Origin: Podospora anserina
Taxonomy: Eukaryota
Direction of reading: 5' to 3'
DNA length: 64,000 bases
NCBI GenBank assembly: GCA_017654855.1
Contig: CM030334.1
Location: forward strand, 2,852,001-2,916,000
In this document: piece by piece, positions 25,558-38,430 of the stretch
How positions within the stretch are numbered: position 1 is the first letter of the stretch
How the letters are laid out: every line of letters starts with the position of its first letter
Program-made: the position numbers and the translations under genes
The notes under the pieces: model-generated
Databases searched by the model: none
What the model saw: the letters and a program-made list of their open reading frames with translations, nothing else
What the model was told of the DNA's origin: nothing

Positions 25558-27462
25558 CTAGGCAATCAACCCCCCCTCAGCCACCCTCCACGGCGCACCC
25601 ACCGGCCTAGCAGTCATAGTCGGGGTCCCCTCCTCCATCTCCACATCCTCCTCCCCCACCATGACCCTCCCTTTCCCTTGGTAGGTATAATGATTGTTTT
25701 CCTCCTGCTCCTCCACAGAAGTAAAAGAACTGCTATCGCTCATCTCCACATCCTGTCCATTCCCGCCCCCAGCCGAGCTGAACGATCCTCTCAAACTCGA
25801 AGAATACCCGATTGTATGCTCAAACACGCTCTCTTGGGTGGACGAGGCGATGGATTCCACGCTGGGAGTGGGGGGCTCGATCGCCATTGCGGAGGATAGT
25901 TGATGATGGGCAGTTGTTTGGATGGAGAGGTAGGGTTGTTGTTGTTGCTGGTGAGGCATGGAAATATCCGCGTCGGAGGAATACCCCGAGTACCCGGATG
26001 AGTTGGACCAAGAACCCGGGCTTGAATGTGGGATGGGCAGCAATGAAGAAGGGATGGGGGTTGGCTCCCTCTCCTCTCGGGTCTGCTGTTGCTCTTGTTG
26101 TTGTTGTTGTTGTTGTTGTTCTTGTTGTTTTGTGATAGCAGGAGGAGCAACCGCCACCCCCTTTCCGTTCGTGCCGACTGTTGATTTTGATTGTCTCCCC
26201 CTTGGTCTTGGAGCCGGGACCGCAATCACAGGGACGGTAGTCGAGGCAGCCAGAGGGTGCTTTTTCCCTGTTGTTGGGATCGCCAGCGTTGGTACCGCTG
26301 TTGCTGGGGTGGTTGATGAAGAAGAAGGGAGACTCTCCTCCCCGTCTTCGTCCTGTCCAATCGTCCAGACCCACCTCCTCTTCTTCTCCCTCCTTTTCCC
26401 GCCCTTTTTCCTGATGCCGCCTGTGGAAGTAGGCGACAAAGCTGACGAGGAGGAAGTAGTGGGTGTGCTGGCCCTCATGTCGGCCATGCGACGTCGCATT
26501 TCCTCAAACGGACCCGGTGTTTGCCCCCCGTCGCGGGTCAGGTTGGAGTAAGCCATGGTTTGGTCCAAGACTGTGGAGTTACTGTCAAGGTCGCCTTCGT
26601 CAGAGGTGACGGAGGGGCTGACGGGGGTGGTGTCGTCGTCGGCTACTAGGAGATCAATATGTGATCGGGTGTATTTGTGGGTTGTTATCGTTTGTTCCAG
26701 GGGTGAGTTATACGCCACGCGCCTGGCGGCTCTTTCTTGGAGGCGGAGGGAGGTCCGCCTGGGGGAAATGTTCTGCCCTGTGGAGGGGGACAGGTTGGTG
26801 GTCAATGGTGGCAAGGGGGAGTTGCGGAGGATGGACCGTAGAGACCGGGGGTGGGTGTAGGGGAGCTTGGGGGTCATGTTGGCTGGCAAGGTGTTGGTTC
26901 TTCTTTTGAGGGATTGTGATGGCAATGATGGAGCTGGAGCGGTGCTCGCTTGTTGAGACTGATTTTGATGCCGTGATGGGAGACCGGGCTTATTAGTGCT
27001 GTCAAAGGTAAAGACACGAGCGTTTGCGTCCTGGGCTTGGGCGGATAATGGGGGGGTGGCGGTCATGGCGCTGGGGAATTGGACCTCGCGGTTGATGGCG
27101 ATGGCGGGGGATAGTGGTTGCGCAGTGAGAGGTGTGTCGAGATATGGACCTAAATAGGGGGTGTGCCTGGCTTTGGCGGTTGCTGCCGTTGCTGTTGCTG
27201 GCGCGGCATCTTGAGTTTGGGTTTGGAGCCGCAGTATTGGCCTACCGCTCAGCAGAGCCGTTGGCGGGTTTTCTTGAATCGGCGTTGAGCGGTCGACAGC
27301 GGTAGCGTAGACGTTTGACAGTGTGTTGAAGGCCGTGGGCGATTTCATGTCTACCGCTGCCGCCACCCTCCTCGATGTCCGTACACTGGGGCCATTGGCG
27401 ATGGCTGTGATTTGAAGAGAGAGGCGTGGTCTCTTTGGTGGGCTCTGTGGTGATGTCGCCAT
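25558..27462 (-). CDS. Fungal Ser/Pro/Thr-rich hypothetical protein with polyQ
   Basis: 634-aa intronless ORF with conserved-looking islands KRPRLSLQI, SPTAFNTLSNVYATA, PYTHPRSLRSILRNSPL, DGGQTPGPFEEMRRRM and KRRWVWTIG. No catalytic motif recognised. Confidence 0.7.
   Translation of the reverse strand: MATSPQSPPKRPRLSLQITAIANGPSVRTSRRVAAAVDMKSPTAFNTLSNVYATAVDRSTPIQENPPTALLSGRPILRLQTQTQDAAPATATAATAKARHTPYLGPYLDTPLTAQPLSPAIAINREVQFPSAMTATPPLSAQAQDANARVFTFDSTNKPGLPSRHQNQSQQASTAPAPSLPSQSLKRRTNTLPANMTPKLPYTHPRSLRSILRNSPLPPLTTNLSPSTGQNISPRRTSLRLQERAARRVAYNSPLEQTITTHKYTRSHIDLLVADDDTTPVSPSVTSDEGDLDSNSTVLDQTMAYSNLTRDGGQTPGPFEEMRRRMADMRASTPTTSSSSALSPTSTGGIRKKGGKRREKKRRWVWTIGQDEDGEESLPSSSSTTPATAVPTLAIPTTGKKHPLAASTTVPVIAVPAPRPRGRQSKSTVGTNGKGVAVAPPAITKQQEQQQQQQQQEQQQTREEREPTPIPSSLLPIPHSSPGSWSNSSGYSGYSSDADISMPHQQQQQPYLSIQTTAHHQLSSAMAIEPPTPSVESIASSTQESVFEHTIGYSSSLRGSFSSAGGGNGQDVEMSDSSSFTSVEEQEENNHYTYQGKGRVMVGEEDVEMEEGTPTMTARPVGAPWRVAEGGLIA
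26085..26128 (-). repeat. (CAA)n coding microsatellite, polyglutamine
   Basis: ttgttgttg... on the plus strand; encodes QQEQQQQQQQQEQQQ. Confidence 0.85.
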
Positions 27463-28872
27463 CTTTCCTTCCTCTAGACAATCCCGAATTCCAAGCCAGC
27501 TGGGAAAGGGACGGCAGATCTGATATCAAAGCGCACACGGTAGTTGTGTGGGTGAGCCAGAGATCCGGGATCTCAGTCGCGGACGGGAGATGGGCGGCTA
27601 TATAGTATAGAGTACACTAAACAGTCATCGAGTGCGAGAGAGAGAGAGAGAGAGGGGGGAAGCGCCAGACCGGGGGTGTTCGGGACTAATGCGCATGCGG
27701 CATTAGGGCACAAGTATAGACGCGATCAGCTCCTCTTCTCTGGCCGTGTGTGTCCCTCAACCTGGGCTGCTAGTGGTTGGCACACCAGATGCATATTGCA
27801 GGCGCAAGCGCCCAACGACCCAATCAGAGCGGCCGACACCTCATGCAGAGCGCATGCAGGCCAAGTCACATCGCGTCTATTCAAGAACCAGATTCTCACT
27901 CTCTGTCTCTCTTTCTCTTTTTCTCCTCTCTTTTTAGAAGCGTCCCCCTGGGGATACGGTGAGTCCTGATTCTTGTTGTTAGTTAGCTATTCCTTCAGGA
28001 TCCCACCGCTTCGTACACTACTCTTCTAGAATGTTTTCCCCGTCATCACAGCCCCAAAGATGTTTGCCTATTGAAATTAGTACCAATCCTTTCCGAGGCG
28101 AGGCTTGGGCTGTCCTCCGTCCGTCTATCCCCCAAATAATCACCAGGGTCTCCCGCATTATGACCGGGCGGGCCATCGGATCTCGTGCTGGGCTGGGCTG
28201 GGCTGGCTGCCTTTCTCCAGACCGACTGCGTAAAGTGGTGTGTACCGGAGGAAAGTACGTAAGCATGGAGGTACCGTACAACGAAATCTGTCAGCCAGCT
28301 GTGTCACACAGATCTAGACGAGAAAGAACCAAGTTTGACGCCGTCCACGTGCTATGCCCAAAATAAACCCTTTCCCCCCTCCAACGCACTCGATTGATCT
28401 TCCGAGCCGGGCCCTTGCCAACTGAGGCGAACGGGACGCCCGGTTGGATTCGGTTTCTGCAAAAAAAAGAATGTTTCTTAAAGTCGGTCGGATAGCAAAC
28501 ATTCCGTTCCCTTTTGTCCAGGATTCTTCTTTTTCCTTCAGTTCCTTTAAAAGAAGCTTTAAGCTCTTGCGCTTTTTGTGGAGCCGATTCCCCACCTTCC
28601 GTCTGAGCGGTGTCCGCTTATTCTCCAGATTCCAGGTGTGCACGGACGTGTTGGGGTGGACAGCAGGGCAAGCCCAGTACTGAAGAGGGAAAGCGCGGGG
28701 GATTAAAATAGAACGACCCCAGAAGCTGAGCTACACTACGCTAGCCATCCTGTCCCAGCATGTCGGTTCAGGGAATATTGAAACTACCAAGACGATAAAC
28801 CCCTCGATTGATGATCCTCGAGGATGCCGAAAATGTAAACAAAACGAAACAGTAAGAAACAACACACACATC

Positions 28873-30898
28873 ATGGACATGGACATGGACAACCCGGACT
28901 TCAAGAGGAAGGCGCCACGCCGAAAAGGAGACGACCGGGTCATCCTGCATTTTGTAAGTGGCCATTTTATTCTCCGTCCCCTACAGTGCTGTCTTTTCTC
29001 GTCCTTCCCGTTTTGGTGGATGTCTAAACCTTACCTCTATATCAAAATGGTTACTTTTTTCGGAACCTCAGCTAACACCTTCACCCGCACCCTATCCAGG
29101 ATCTAGATTGCTTCTACGCACAGGCATGTAAATTTCTGGAATCCTCTTATTATTCAATATCCTACCGCGTCGTCATACATAATAATAGACATTTACCTTA
29201 CTCATATTTCATTCCGATCCGTCCCCTTTGCTTATTCTTGAGCCAGCCCATTAACACAGTGTGCAAAAAACACAGTGCATCGAAAACGCCAACCCCCACC
29301 TCAAGTCTGTACCCCTCGGCATCAAGCAAAAGTCCATCCTTGCCACGTGCAACTACGTCGCGAGAAAGCACGGGGTGAAGAAGCTGATGGGGATCCAGGA
29401 GGCCAAGAGGCTGTGTCCCGACCTTGTCCTGGCAGACGGGGAGGACCTGTCACCCTTCAGGGATGTCTCCAAGCAGATTTACTCCCTGCTAAAGTCCTAT
29501 TCTTGGAACGGGAGGGTGGAGAGGTTGGGGTTGGATGAGGTTTTCTTGGATGTGACTGATGTCGTGGCTTATAACCTGGGGTTGGTGAATCATCACTGCT
29601 TGGAGGAGTCGTGGTTTTGTCTGTCGAGGGAGGATCCGGAAAGGGGGTTTGCGTTTGATGCCCGGGAGGTGGAGGGGTGTGTCTGGCCTCCAGATTTTGT
29701 TTCTGACCGCGAAAATGAGGGCACGGATAGCTTGAGGCTGAGGCTCCTCTTCGGCAGCCACCTCGCCTTTTACCTCCGCCAGCAGATGGAAGGTCTGGGG
29801 TATACTTCTGCTTGTGGCATCTCCACCAACAAGCTCCTCGCCAAGCTGGCTGGCGATAGAAACAAGCCACGCAACCAGACCACCCTCCTCTCCTCCCACA
29901 GTCCCCTCCCATTCCTCGACCCATTACCTCTTCGGAAAATCCCCGGCATTGGCGGCAAAACCATCACCGCCATGAAAAGCTTACTCAAAACCGACGACGA
30001 CGACGACGGCCTGACCGTTCACAACGCCCGAACCAACCCGGCCGTCTCCCCTTTCGCTCTTGAACGGCTGTTGGCCGGTAGCGGTAGTGGTGGGGAGAAG
30101 GGTATAGGCCAGAAAGTCTGGCTTTTGCTCCACGGAATTGACGGTTCAGAGGTCAAGCCGACGATGGATGTGCCGAGGCAGATAGGCATTGAGGATACCT
30201 ATCGCGGTTTGACGCAGCTGTCGCAGGTCAGGGCGGGTTTGGTTCAGATTACTACCTCTCTGCTGCGGCGGATGCATGTTGATTTGTTGGATGATTTTGA
30301 TGCGGTCACCCCACCTATATCACCAGCACCAACTAGTGTGGGAAAGGGTAGGTGGCTGGCACAGCCAAAGACGCTGAGGTTGACAACCCGGCCGTATTAT
30401 CCGCCGTCGGAGTGGGATAAGTTTGAGTATAACCACGGTCGGGTATCCAAATCGGTTGCGTTGCCTAGGTTCGTTTTTGATCTCAACATTGAGCCAGAAA
30501 GTATTGCGGAGAGGTTGGTTGAGGGGACGTTGATGCCGTTGTTTCACAGTTTGAATCCGGACAAGAGTAAACTCTGCATCGGGCTGCTCAACGTATGTGT
30601 CACCAACATGGATAGGGCGAAGGAAAGCAGCCGGGGAGGGGATATCATGGCTGCATTTCAGAGGCAGAGGGAGGTGGAGGAGATTAGGGGCGTTGCTTTT
30701 GCTGATGAACCCCCAGATGGGGAGGAAAAGGCCGAAGATACCAGTGACGACACCGAGGTGGAATGGGTCGAGGAGGAAGATGAGCAGGATGGCGTGAGGT
30801 GTCGGCTTTGTGGCTGTGTCATTCCGGTTTTTGCGGTGGAGGCTCATGGGCGGTGGCATGAGCTGGATGAGGGTTGGGTTGAGTCGCAGGGTGGGTAA
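28873..30898 (+). CDS. Y-family translesion DNA polymerase, Pol iota-like
   Basis: Exons 28873-28953, 29100-29123 and 29276-30898 give ILHFDLDCFYAQCIE...PLGIKQKSILATCNYVARKHGVKKLM...CPDLVLADGEDLSPFR...VERLGLDEVFLDVT...GISTNKLLAKL...KIPGIG. C-terminal C2H2/UBZ-like CRLC-x11-H-x3-H. Confidence 0.88.
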
Positions 30899-31347
30899 AG
30901 GTAACAACAGAGTAGATCTACATTGTAGGGGTATATACTATGGCTCTGCCAATTTTTAGGCAAGCGGTGAGGTCGGTGAGGCGAGGATGAGAATAGAATT
31001 GTGGGGTAAGGGCATTGCGCCGCTGGGTAAGGGGTGGTGTATCTTGGGATATATTCGCTCCGCTCTTACGACTGTGGAATGGGTCAAGAACTAGGGTTCA
31101 GTTCAACCATGGCATACCTCTACCCTTGAACAACCATGGCACCATGATGGTGTTGGTGTGGATGCCCAGCCCACAGCTCCCTTTACTCGTCAAGAGTAAT
31201 ATATTGCTATGACCAGTCTTGAACATAGGTATCCTGTCGTACACACTTAGGTATCGTCTATCTTATGCCACGCCACGCCTCGCCCTCACCAGACAGTAAT
31301 CATACACATTACTTTTTTGTGCCCCCCCCTCCCCTAGTTTACACACC

Positions 31348-33150
31348 TCAATGATTCAACACCCCAGCCAACAACCCCCCCAGCACCCCCCTCACCCTCC
31401 CCCGATCCTCCAGCACACAAGTAAAAACAACCCCCGTGCTCCCCGCAAACACCACCCGCTCCATCCACTCCTTTGTCTTTTCGTACTTCCTCGGCAGCAA
31501 CGTAGCCATCGCCCTCGGAGCAACAAACAACCCCCCATCCTTCCTCCTCCCCACCTTCTCAATCAAAATGCTCCACCCGCAAAGCACACACCCCGTGCCC
31601 ACACAAACCCCCCCATCAATCATATTCCTTTCCTTAATCCCCTTCCCAATAATATGCGGCCCAATCCTCGTCCGGGCTAAGCACACTCCATAATAAAAAA
31701 GTGTGATAAACGTCCCCAAAAAGGTCGACGTCCTAGCAGCTGACAGAACCGCCCGTCTAAACGCCTTTTTGCTTGGGTTCCTCAAGGCGAGAAGCAGGGA
31801 CAGCGGCAAGTAAGTCGTCATAGCCCACTTGAACGACCTGACAAAGCGGGAGAGGGCATGGTATTCACAGCTCGGTCCACAGCCCATGTGAACAATCTCA
31901 CATGGAAAAGGGATCGACCTGGCCGGATCACCCCACACTTCTGGCAGGCTGTAGTCTTTACACATCGACCCGAGCAACTCCGCTTGCCCCGTCTCCTCGC
32001 CGTAGCGGAGGGTGCCGTCGTGGCAACGCTTCAGGGCTTGGATCAGGCGGCTGTCTACCGCGGCGGCGGAGTCGATCCATTTGTTGTAGGCGCGGGGGAG
32101 GGAGGAGGGGTAGTAGAACCAAGACCACATTACCATTCCGGAAGAAAGGGCAAAGATGGCTGGGTCGGTGACGTTGGAGATGAGAGATTCGAGGCGGGTC
32201 CATTTATTGGATGCCTGGCGGCGCTGGCGGTGGAGGTTCCATGCTGTGCCGATTACCACGTCGATGGCGCGGGTGAGGGCGAAGAGGGTGAGGTCGAGGG
32301 TGCGGCCGGCGAGGGGGGTTTGGGTTGTGGTGCCGTCCAGGTTGGTGGTGGTGGTGGTGAAGGAGGAGGTGGGTTTGGATTGGAGGATGGCGAGGGAGAG
32401 GTAGGCTGAGGTGAAGGAGGCGATGAACCTTGCTAGCCTGTGTGTGATGTGTGTAAGTGGGAGTACTAGCTATGACGAGCAACGGATAGTGATAAAAGTG
32501 AACTTGCCTTCTTTTGGCAATGTCAGGTAGGTTTTTGGCGAGACGGTCAAATGCCGCTTTCAATGGCACCTAATGTGTTGACACCGGATCATTAGCTACG
32601 CTGGTGGTTGTATGAGAGGCTAGTTAGGTCGAGGCAAGGTAACATCTCCGAAATGTCTATGCATGTCTTGGAGAAAAAGGTGTGGTCACAATTCGAGGTG
32701 AGTGCAGGTTGCATATATGTTACACACCTCAAGCAACGTGCTTCCGCCTGCCAGCAGCGCACAGAATGTGGGGAACCTGTGCCAATCAAAACCCCCCTTG
32801 AGTGTGCGTATGAGCGACGCAAGGAATGTGTCGGTTGACTGCTGTTTTGTTGATGTTGATGATGCCTCTTGTTTTGGTGTGTCGTAGTGTTTCTTGAACA
32901 GGCGCGTCAGGTGCTGAATTAGCAGCGAGGCCAGTCTCGGTGCTACCGTACTTGCATAGCCCAAGAGGTAAGCTCGCACCAGTGGCCGGAGAATAGGGGG
33001 AATGCCGGCATCCCATCCTCTCCTATGCTTCCCTGGGGGTATGGATTGGATCAGTTGCGCCGCTGAGGATGGTGATGCCGCAGAAATAAGTGACGGAGAC
33101 GGAGCTGCAGCGGGCGAAGCCGGCAGAGAGGATTTTGCTGGTGGTGCCAT
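31348..33150 (-). CDS. TMEM135-like integral membrane protein
   Basis: Three exons (one GC-AG intron). Motifs LRPLVRAYLLGY, FPTFCALLAGGSTLL, AGRTLDLTLFA, SSGMVMWSWFYYPSSLPRAYNKWI, IPFPCEIVH, CGWSILIE...LFVAPRA. Confidence 0.72.
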
Positions 33151-34750
33151 CCAGACGGCCGGTGTTTGGTGACTTTGGAAGATGAGATATCCGACACGGT
33201 ACAGTGACACGCTGACACCGAATATGGCCGGACTCGGTCTTACAACCACAGCGGCGGCAGTTTCAACCAAATGAAGGGCTCAAAGAACACAAGAAACTCG
33301 AGCTGAATAACCCCCCCTCCAAAAAAGTGATATTCAATGGCAAGATGTGGTAATACAGAAAGCTAATTTTTAATATTTTTTGCACATGAAGAACGTGTTT
33401 GAGCGTTGATGTAACGCTGGCAACCCGCCCTGAGGTCGAGCGTGTTCCCGTGAGCCTCGGTCGGTTGGCCGAACCCTACGAATACCGGTCACCACACGAC
33501 CCCGCGGACGGACATGGCGGAACAGAGCGGGACGCAAAACGCTGACAACGGACGAGACTGCTCGGAAGGGTCTGTCAAAAATATGATTTGGTTCGGGATT
33601 CGAGCATCGCCCTGATCCCTGTCGGCAGATCTCGCTGTGAAGGCATGACGCTGACCTGCAGCGTGATCTCGGCCCTGTGACCGTTTTGGGGGGGTGGCCT
33701 TGATGACAGGATTGAGCGCCCAGACGAGCTAGAGCAATGCTTCTCGAACGTTGCGTCTGAATCTCTGGAAAATAAGGACGGCAGAGATATCAACAAAGTA
33801 CTGTACACTCTGAAGGATGTGTACGAGGTAATCTCTATCCCAGTTCTTGAAGATGGTTTGCAGAATAAGGTACAAGGGTTGAATGTGCGGTCAGCGAACC
33901 GGTTGGAAGGGCTGCCAAGATGCGGAGGAGAACACTTCTGGAAACCATCGAGATCTACACTACTCTGTACCGATGTCTGAACTCGATGATAATCAGGCAC
34001 GAATCCCGGAGCTACCAGCAGGGCGAGATGAGGACGGGCAATGCATTTGCTCAGCTCGGACACCATGCTACCCACCCAAGAGGTGAATTTGGCCGTTGGG
34101 AATGCGACTCCAGTCCGGGTGACCTCTGGTAACTGGTGACTGGTCTGATGGAGCATCTTGTTGTTCAGAAAATCTGAGAAAAACGTTGCTGCCATCCAGC
34201 CAAGCCAAGACTCTGGTGGTGAGCGTTAAGAAAAAAGACATGTGATTCTCTGTTTAAAGCATATGCTGTTTAATTGCGAATGCAAGTCATGCACAATTCA
34301 CATAGCAGATGAGACCTTGCCGGAAAAGGGAGCCCCGCAGCGGCCTCACTCCGGAAGGGGCTTAGCGCCATGAATCAAGCAAGCGATGCAGCACCCCGCC
34401 TGTCTTGGGATTCCCGAGGCTCCTTTTTCAAGATTGAACTCCTGCACTATCTCCTCATCCCACGACACCCATCACACACACATTCTTGGTTGGTGGCAGC
34501 ATCACTTTGCCAACTACTTCCAGGTACTTGGTAAAAGGCTGAACTACTAGGTAACCCCAAATCAAATCCATCACACATAAGCACCTCGTCAGGTTTCCTT
34601 TTCCCGTCTTCCGTTTCCTGTGTTGAAAGTCTTCTTGTCAGCCTTGTAGTTGATTGCCTGGAAGTTCTGAATTTATCATCGTTCGTTTTCTTTCCTTTCA
34701 ACAAAAGTTATTGCTTGGTTGCCCGTCTTTTACCACTTACTTCTCCCCTT

Positions 34751-34822
34751 GACCTCGACCTCGACCTCGACCTCGGCCTCGACCTCGACTTCAACCTCGA
34801 CCTCGACTTCAACCTCGACCTC
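34751..34822 (+). repeat. (GACCTC)n-type hexanucleotide repeat upstream of the bHLH gene
   Basis: gacctcgacctcgacctcgacctcggcctcgacctcgacttcaacctc..., ~12 imperfect units. Confidence 0.8.
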
Positions 34823-35375
34823 TCCCCTGATCACCCCCCTGTCCAGTCATCCCCGTCAGGACCCCAGCCCGTCGACGGGAACAGAGGCCCCCCCCGGTTC
34901 TTTCCCCCGCACAACGCTAGCGCCAGAGAGGTCTTCTGTGAAACTGGAGAAATACTTCCCTGCAGCTCTCCGTCTCCCTGTTTGCACGTCCTGAAGAACC
35001 CAGCTGGCCCTCTTATTTTTTTGCATGTGCCTCTTTCTTTTGGCTCCCCACTCGAACCACCACCATCACCACGAGCATTCTACTATCACGGCCGTCATCG
35101 GTGTCATCCGCCCACATTTCTAGCTCAACATTGCTACAGTGGTATTGCTATACTGCCTACGACGTGACGATTGCCCCTTTGCCACGGCTATACGCGAGCG
35201 ACGTGTCTCGTTTACGTTCCAAGCTCCCAACAGCTAGCTATCCATCATCATCACCTCCACAGCTCAACGCCACTTCACAACGGTTGATGGCAGCTTGCAC
35301 CGAGACAGCAGTGCACAATACACAAGCTTCGAGGTCTTGACGCACACAGTCCGTTTTGCCTGACAGCTGGCGGAT

Positions 35376-36802
35376 ATGCTCCTGGCCCGGCGCCCGCACA
35401 CGATGGGACCGACGCACCCCCCCGGCGGTCTTCTATTCGGCTGTAGGTGTTCAAGGAGCAAAAAAGAGTTGGATCATAGAATACTAATAGCCTGTTTCCA
35501 GACGACATTAACAATCCGAACGGAGATCCCACACTAGACAATCCAGACCTGTTCGCCAATCCCGGTGGCCTCGAAATCTCGGGCCAGAGTCTTCTCGGTG
35601 AAGATGGCACCGATTATCTGCAATCATTCTTTGGAGTATTCCAGAGCGACAATCCTGGAACATCATGGGGTGAGGGTTTAGGTCTGCACTCGGAGCAATG
35701 GTCAGACGAACTGCTTGTCGGTCATGAGTTGAACTTTGGAGTGAACACCGACAACATGCTTTATCAGGAGCCCATGCAACAGTACAACTCGGGCCTTCCA
35801 ATCCGTCCTCATTATGCATCTCACGGCAGCAACAACTTTGCTCCCACCCCGATGGACCAGCCATCGGCCGATGTCTTGAGTGCCGCAACAGCTCTGCTCC
35901 CGGCATCTGAGCAGCAGTCCCCCCGTACCAACTTGCAGTTCATGCCCTCTCACGGGATACCAATGCCCTTGCACCAAGATGCCAACAGCTTCAACATTTT
36001 CGCTTCAAATGCTGGGCCATCCCATTCTCAACAAGCGAGACCATCACGAACGGTGGAGGTCCTGTTTGGATCCGATCCAGGTTTCAGCAACGCCCAACAT
36101 TTCGTTCCGAGGCACGAGAGAGAATCAACAGAACACATCGCCGCGAAGCAGCTGGCAACTTTGAGCTGCCTGCAACGAAACCACAGCAATGCTCCCACAC
36201 GAGCACCCAGTCCTGAGCCGTGGGCAGCATCTCACCCTCCACAAACCACAACGAACGGGGTAATATCACCCCTAAAACTGAAGACGTCCGACCTTTCACC
36301 AAATCCACCACAAAGCGACGGCTCATCGAGCGCCCTGAAAAAGCGCAGAAGAAGCGACAAGTCGACGGATTCGGACGACGAAGACGAGGAGCAAGAACGC
36401 TCCGTTATCCAAGAGACTCCGGTATCTTTTCCGTCACCACTTAGGTCCGCCTTGTCGCCGCCAACCGCCAAGAGGCGAAAGCCATCTATCGCCGCCTCTG
36501 CCGTAGAAGACGGCGCCACTCCTCCAGCCAACGGGAAACGGAAAAAGTCAACAGCAGCCAAGCCGCCTCGAGAGAACCTGTCAGAGGCACAGAAGCGGGA
36601 GAATCACATCAAGAGCGAACAGAAGCGCCGCAACATTATCAAGGATGGCTTTGCAAAGCTCAACCAAATCGTGCCGACAGTCATCAACCAGAATCTTAGC
36701 AAGGCTGGCGTCCTCATCGCGACACACGTGTGGATTGACCAGTTGGTGAAGGAGAACAAGGAGCTGGAAAAGTTGCTGGCTAGCGCTGGAGAAAAGTCCT
36801 AG
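35376..36802 (+). CDS. bHLH transcription factor (Ino2/Ino4-like)
   Basis: Start at ATG 35376 or 35403; intron ~35443-35501 joins in frame to the 35729 ORF. C-terminal bHLH RENLSEAQKRENHIKSEQKRRNIIKDGFAKLNQIVP...LSKAGVL...LVKENKELE. Confidence 0.82.
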
Positions 36803-38430
36803 GACGACTTTTGGATATACGAAACTTATCATGGAAACTGGGCAACATTCAGCTTGTATTGAAAAGATGAGATTACACAAGTTCCAGAGGTCTGGCGTCA
36901 ATGCATCGTGCTTTTCGCATACCGCGGTCGACTTGCTGTTCCCTCCCGGCTGTCCACACCAACCACGAATCAACACTATCCTCCCGACACCAACCTGAGT
37001 CAGGTTGGCAAAGAAGGAATCAGTCAACATTTACTGCTATTTATATTGCAAACTTTTATTCTGGACATATCGAAAGATTCGGGTCACATATAAACTCAGC
37101 TTTTTCATGCGGGGCGCGAGGCGGGAGCTGATTTAAGGGGGGAAACCATATTTAGAGGAAGGGAGGGATAGAGATGATGAAGAATTACGATGTCGATGAA
37201 CAATTTAGGAGAGGGAAAGAGGAAGAGAGAAAGGAGAGGAAATGCCAGCCCTAAAAGAGAAGGGAGTTACAGCACTTTTGATACCCTTTTTCTTGTATCT
37301 TTGAGCATATTGAGATTGTGGAAAGGGGGTTTGATACCGATGGAAGGATGAGATTTTAAGGTGGTGATGGGGGGGAGAAAAATATCAAGTTAAATATAAT
37401 ACTGCTGCCCTACGATGGGGTGGTTGGAAATGACTATGTTTTGACTTTGATATGCTGGTGATGATGTCAAATATTTGCTGGGTGACCACACTACTGACCT
37501 CCTCAGAGGATTTGGGTCTGGGTAATTCCCAACCTGCTAGATACCCCCTGACCCAAGAACATCTATTTCACATTTGTCGATCTACAACGGATCGACCGGC
37601 ACAACGGTTTATTACCGGAACAGACGCAGGAGGACTGCAGTGTATGATCCTTCGAGTATAGCTTAACCTCGGCTTCTGTTTACCTAACGTCTGGAGTTCC
37701 AGATCACCACCGCTCTGCAAGTCGCCGAATGGGGACATGTACAAGCGTCTCATTGTTTCACGGAACGTAGTGAAGGGCCGGGCCGCTGTTTATTTTATTG
37801 CGGGGTGCAGAAGGAGTCAGAGTCAGATTGTTGACATATCTCTTGGGAAGACTAGGTAGGTAGTCATCCCGAGGGAGTGGGAGTCACGAAAATAGACCGG
37901 GGGGGGAAATCGCCGAGGGGATATGTCGTCGAGAACTCCTGGCTTGGTAATACTTGCGAATAGTGATATCTCTGTAAACAAATTCAATTACGGGAAAACA
38001 TACAGTGTGATGTTCCTTCCCCAATTACCCACTCTGTGACATATGGATGCCGGCTTGCTTCTTGAATGTAGGTAGGATGGAGAATGGGTTCCGCCACCTC
38101 GTATAGCTCAATTATCCAAACCGACCCTCTAAAATCCTGATACTGCAAAGTGAGTTAGCGTGAGATGTGTAGAAACGCATCCTGAACCACGCCCGATATG
38201 CCATGTGAGTTAGTAAACAGATGAAACAGACATGACAAACAGTCAGAGACAATATATTTTCGTTGTAATCGGTCCTGTATCAGCCCTTTCATCCCGCCAG
38301 ACTAATCCCATCATCAACATGACAACCCCCAATCACACAAATACCCAAACCCAATTCCCATACTCCCAACGCCGAACCATTTCCCAACAATCCAACAATC
38401 CACCCCTCCACTTCACCCAACCCAGCCCAT

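Noticed and set aside
27636-27660. (AG)n tract here and at ~24758-24776
   Set aside because: Ordinary short promoter/UTR microsatellites.
33575-34195. 206-aa minus-strand ORF between the TMEM135-like and bHLH genes
   Set aside because: No motif, coding-like bias or splice support recognised; cannot be supported as a gene, although an orphan is not excluded.
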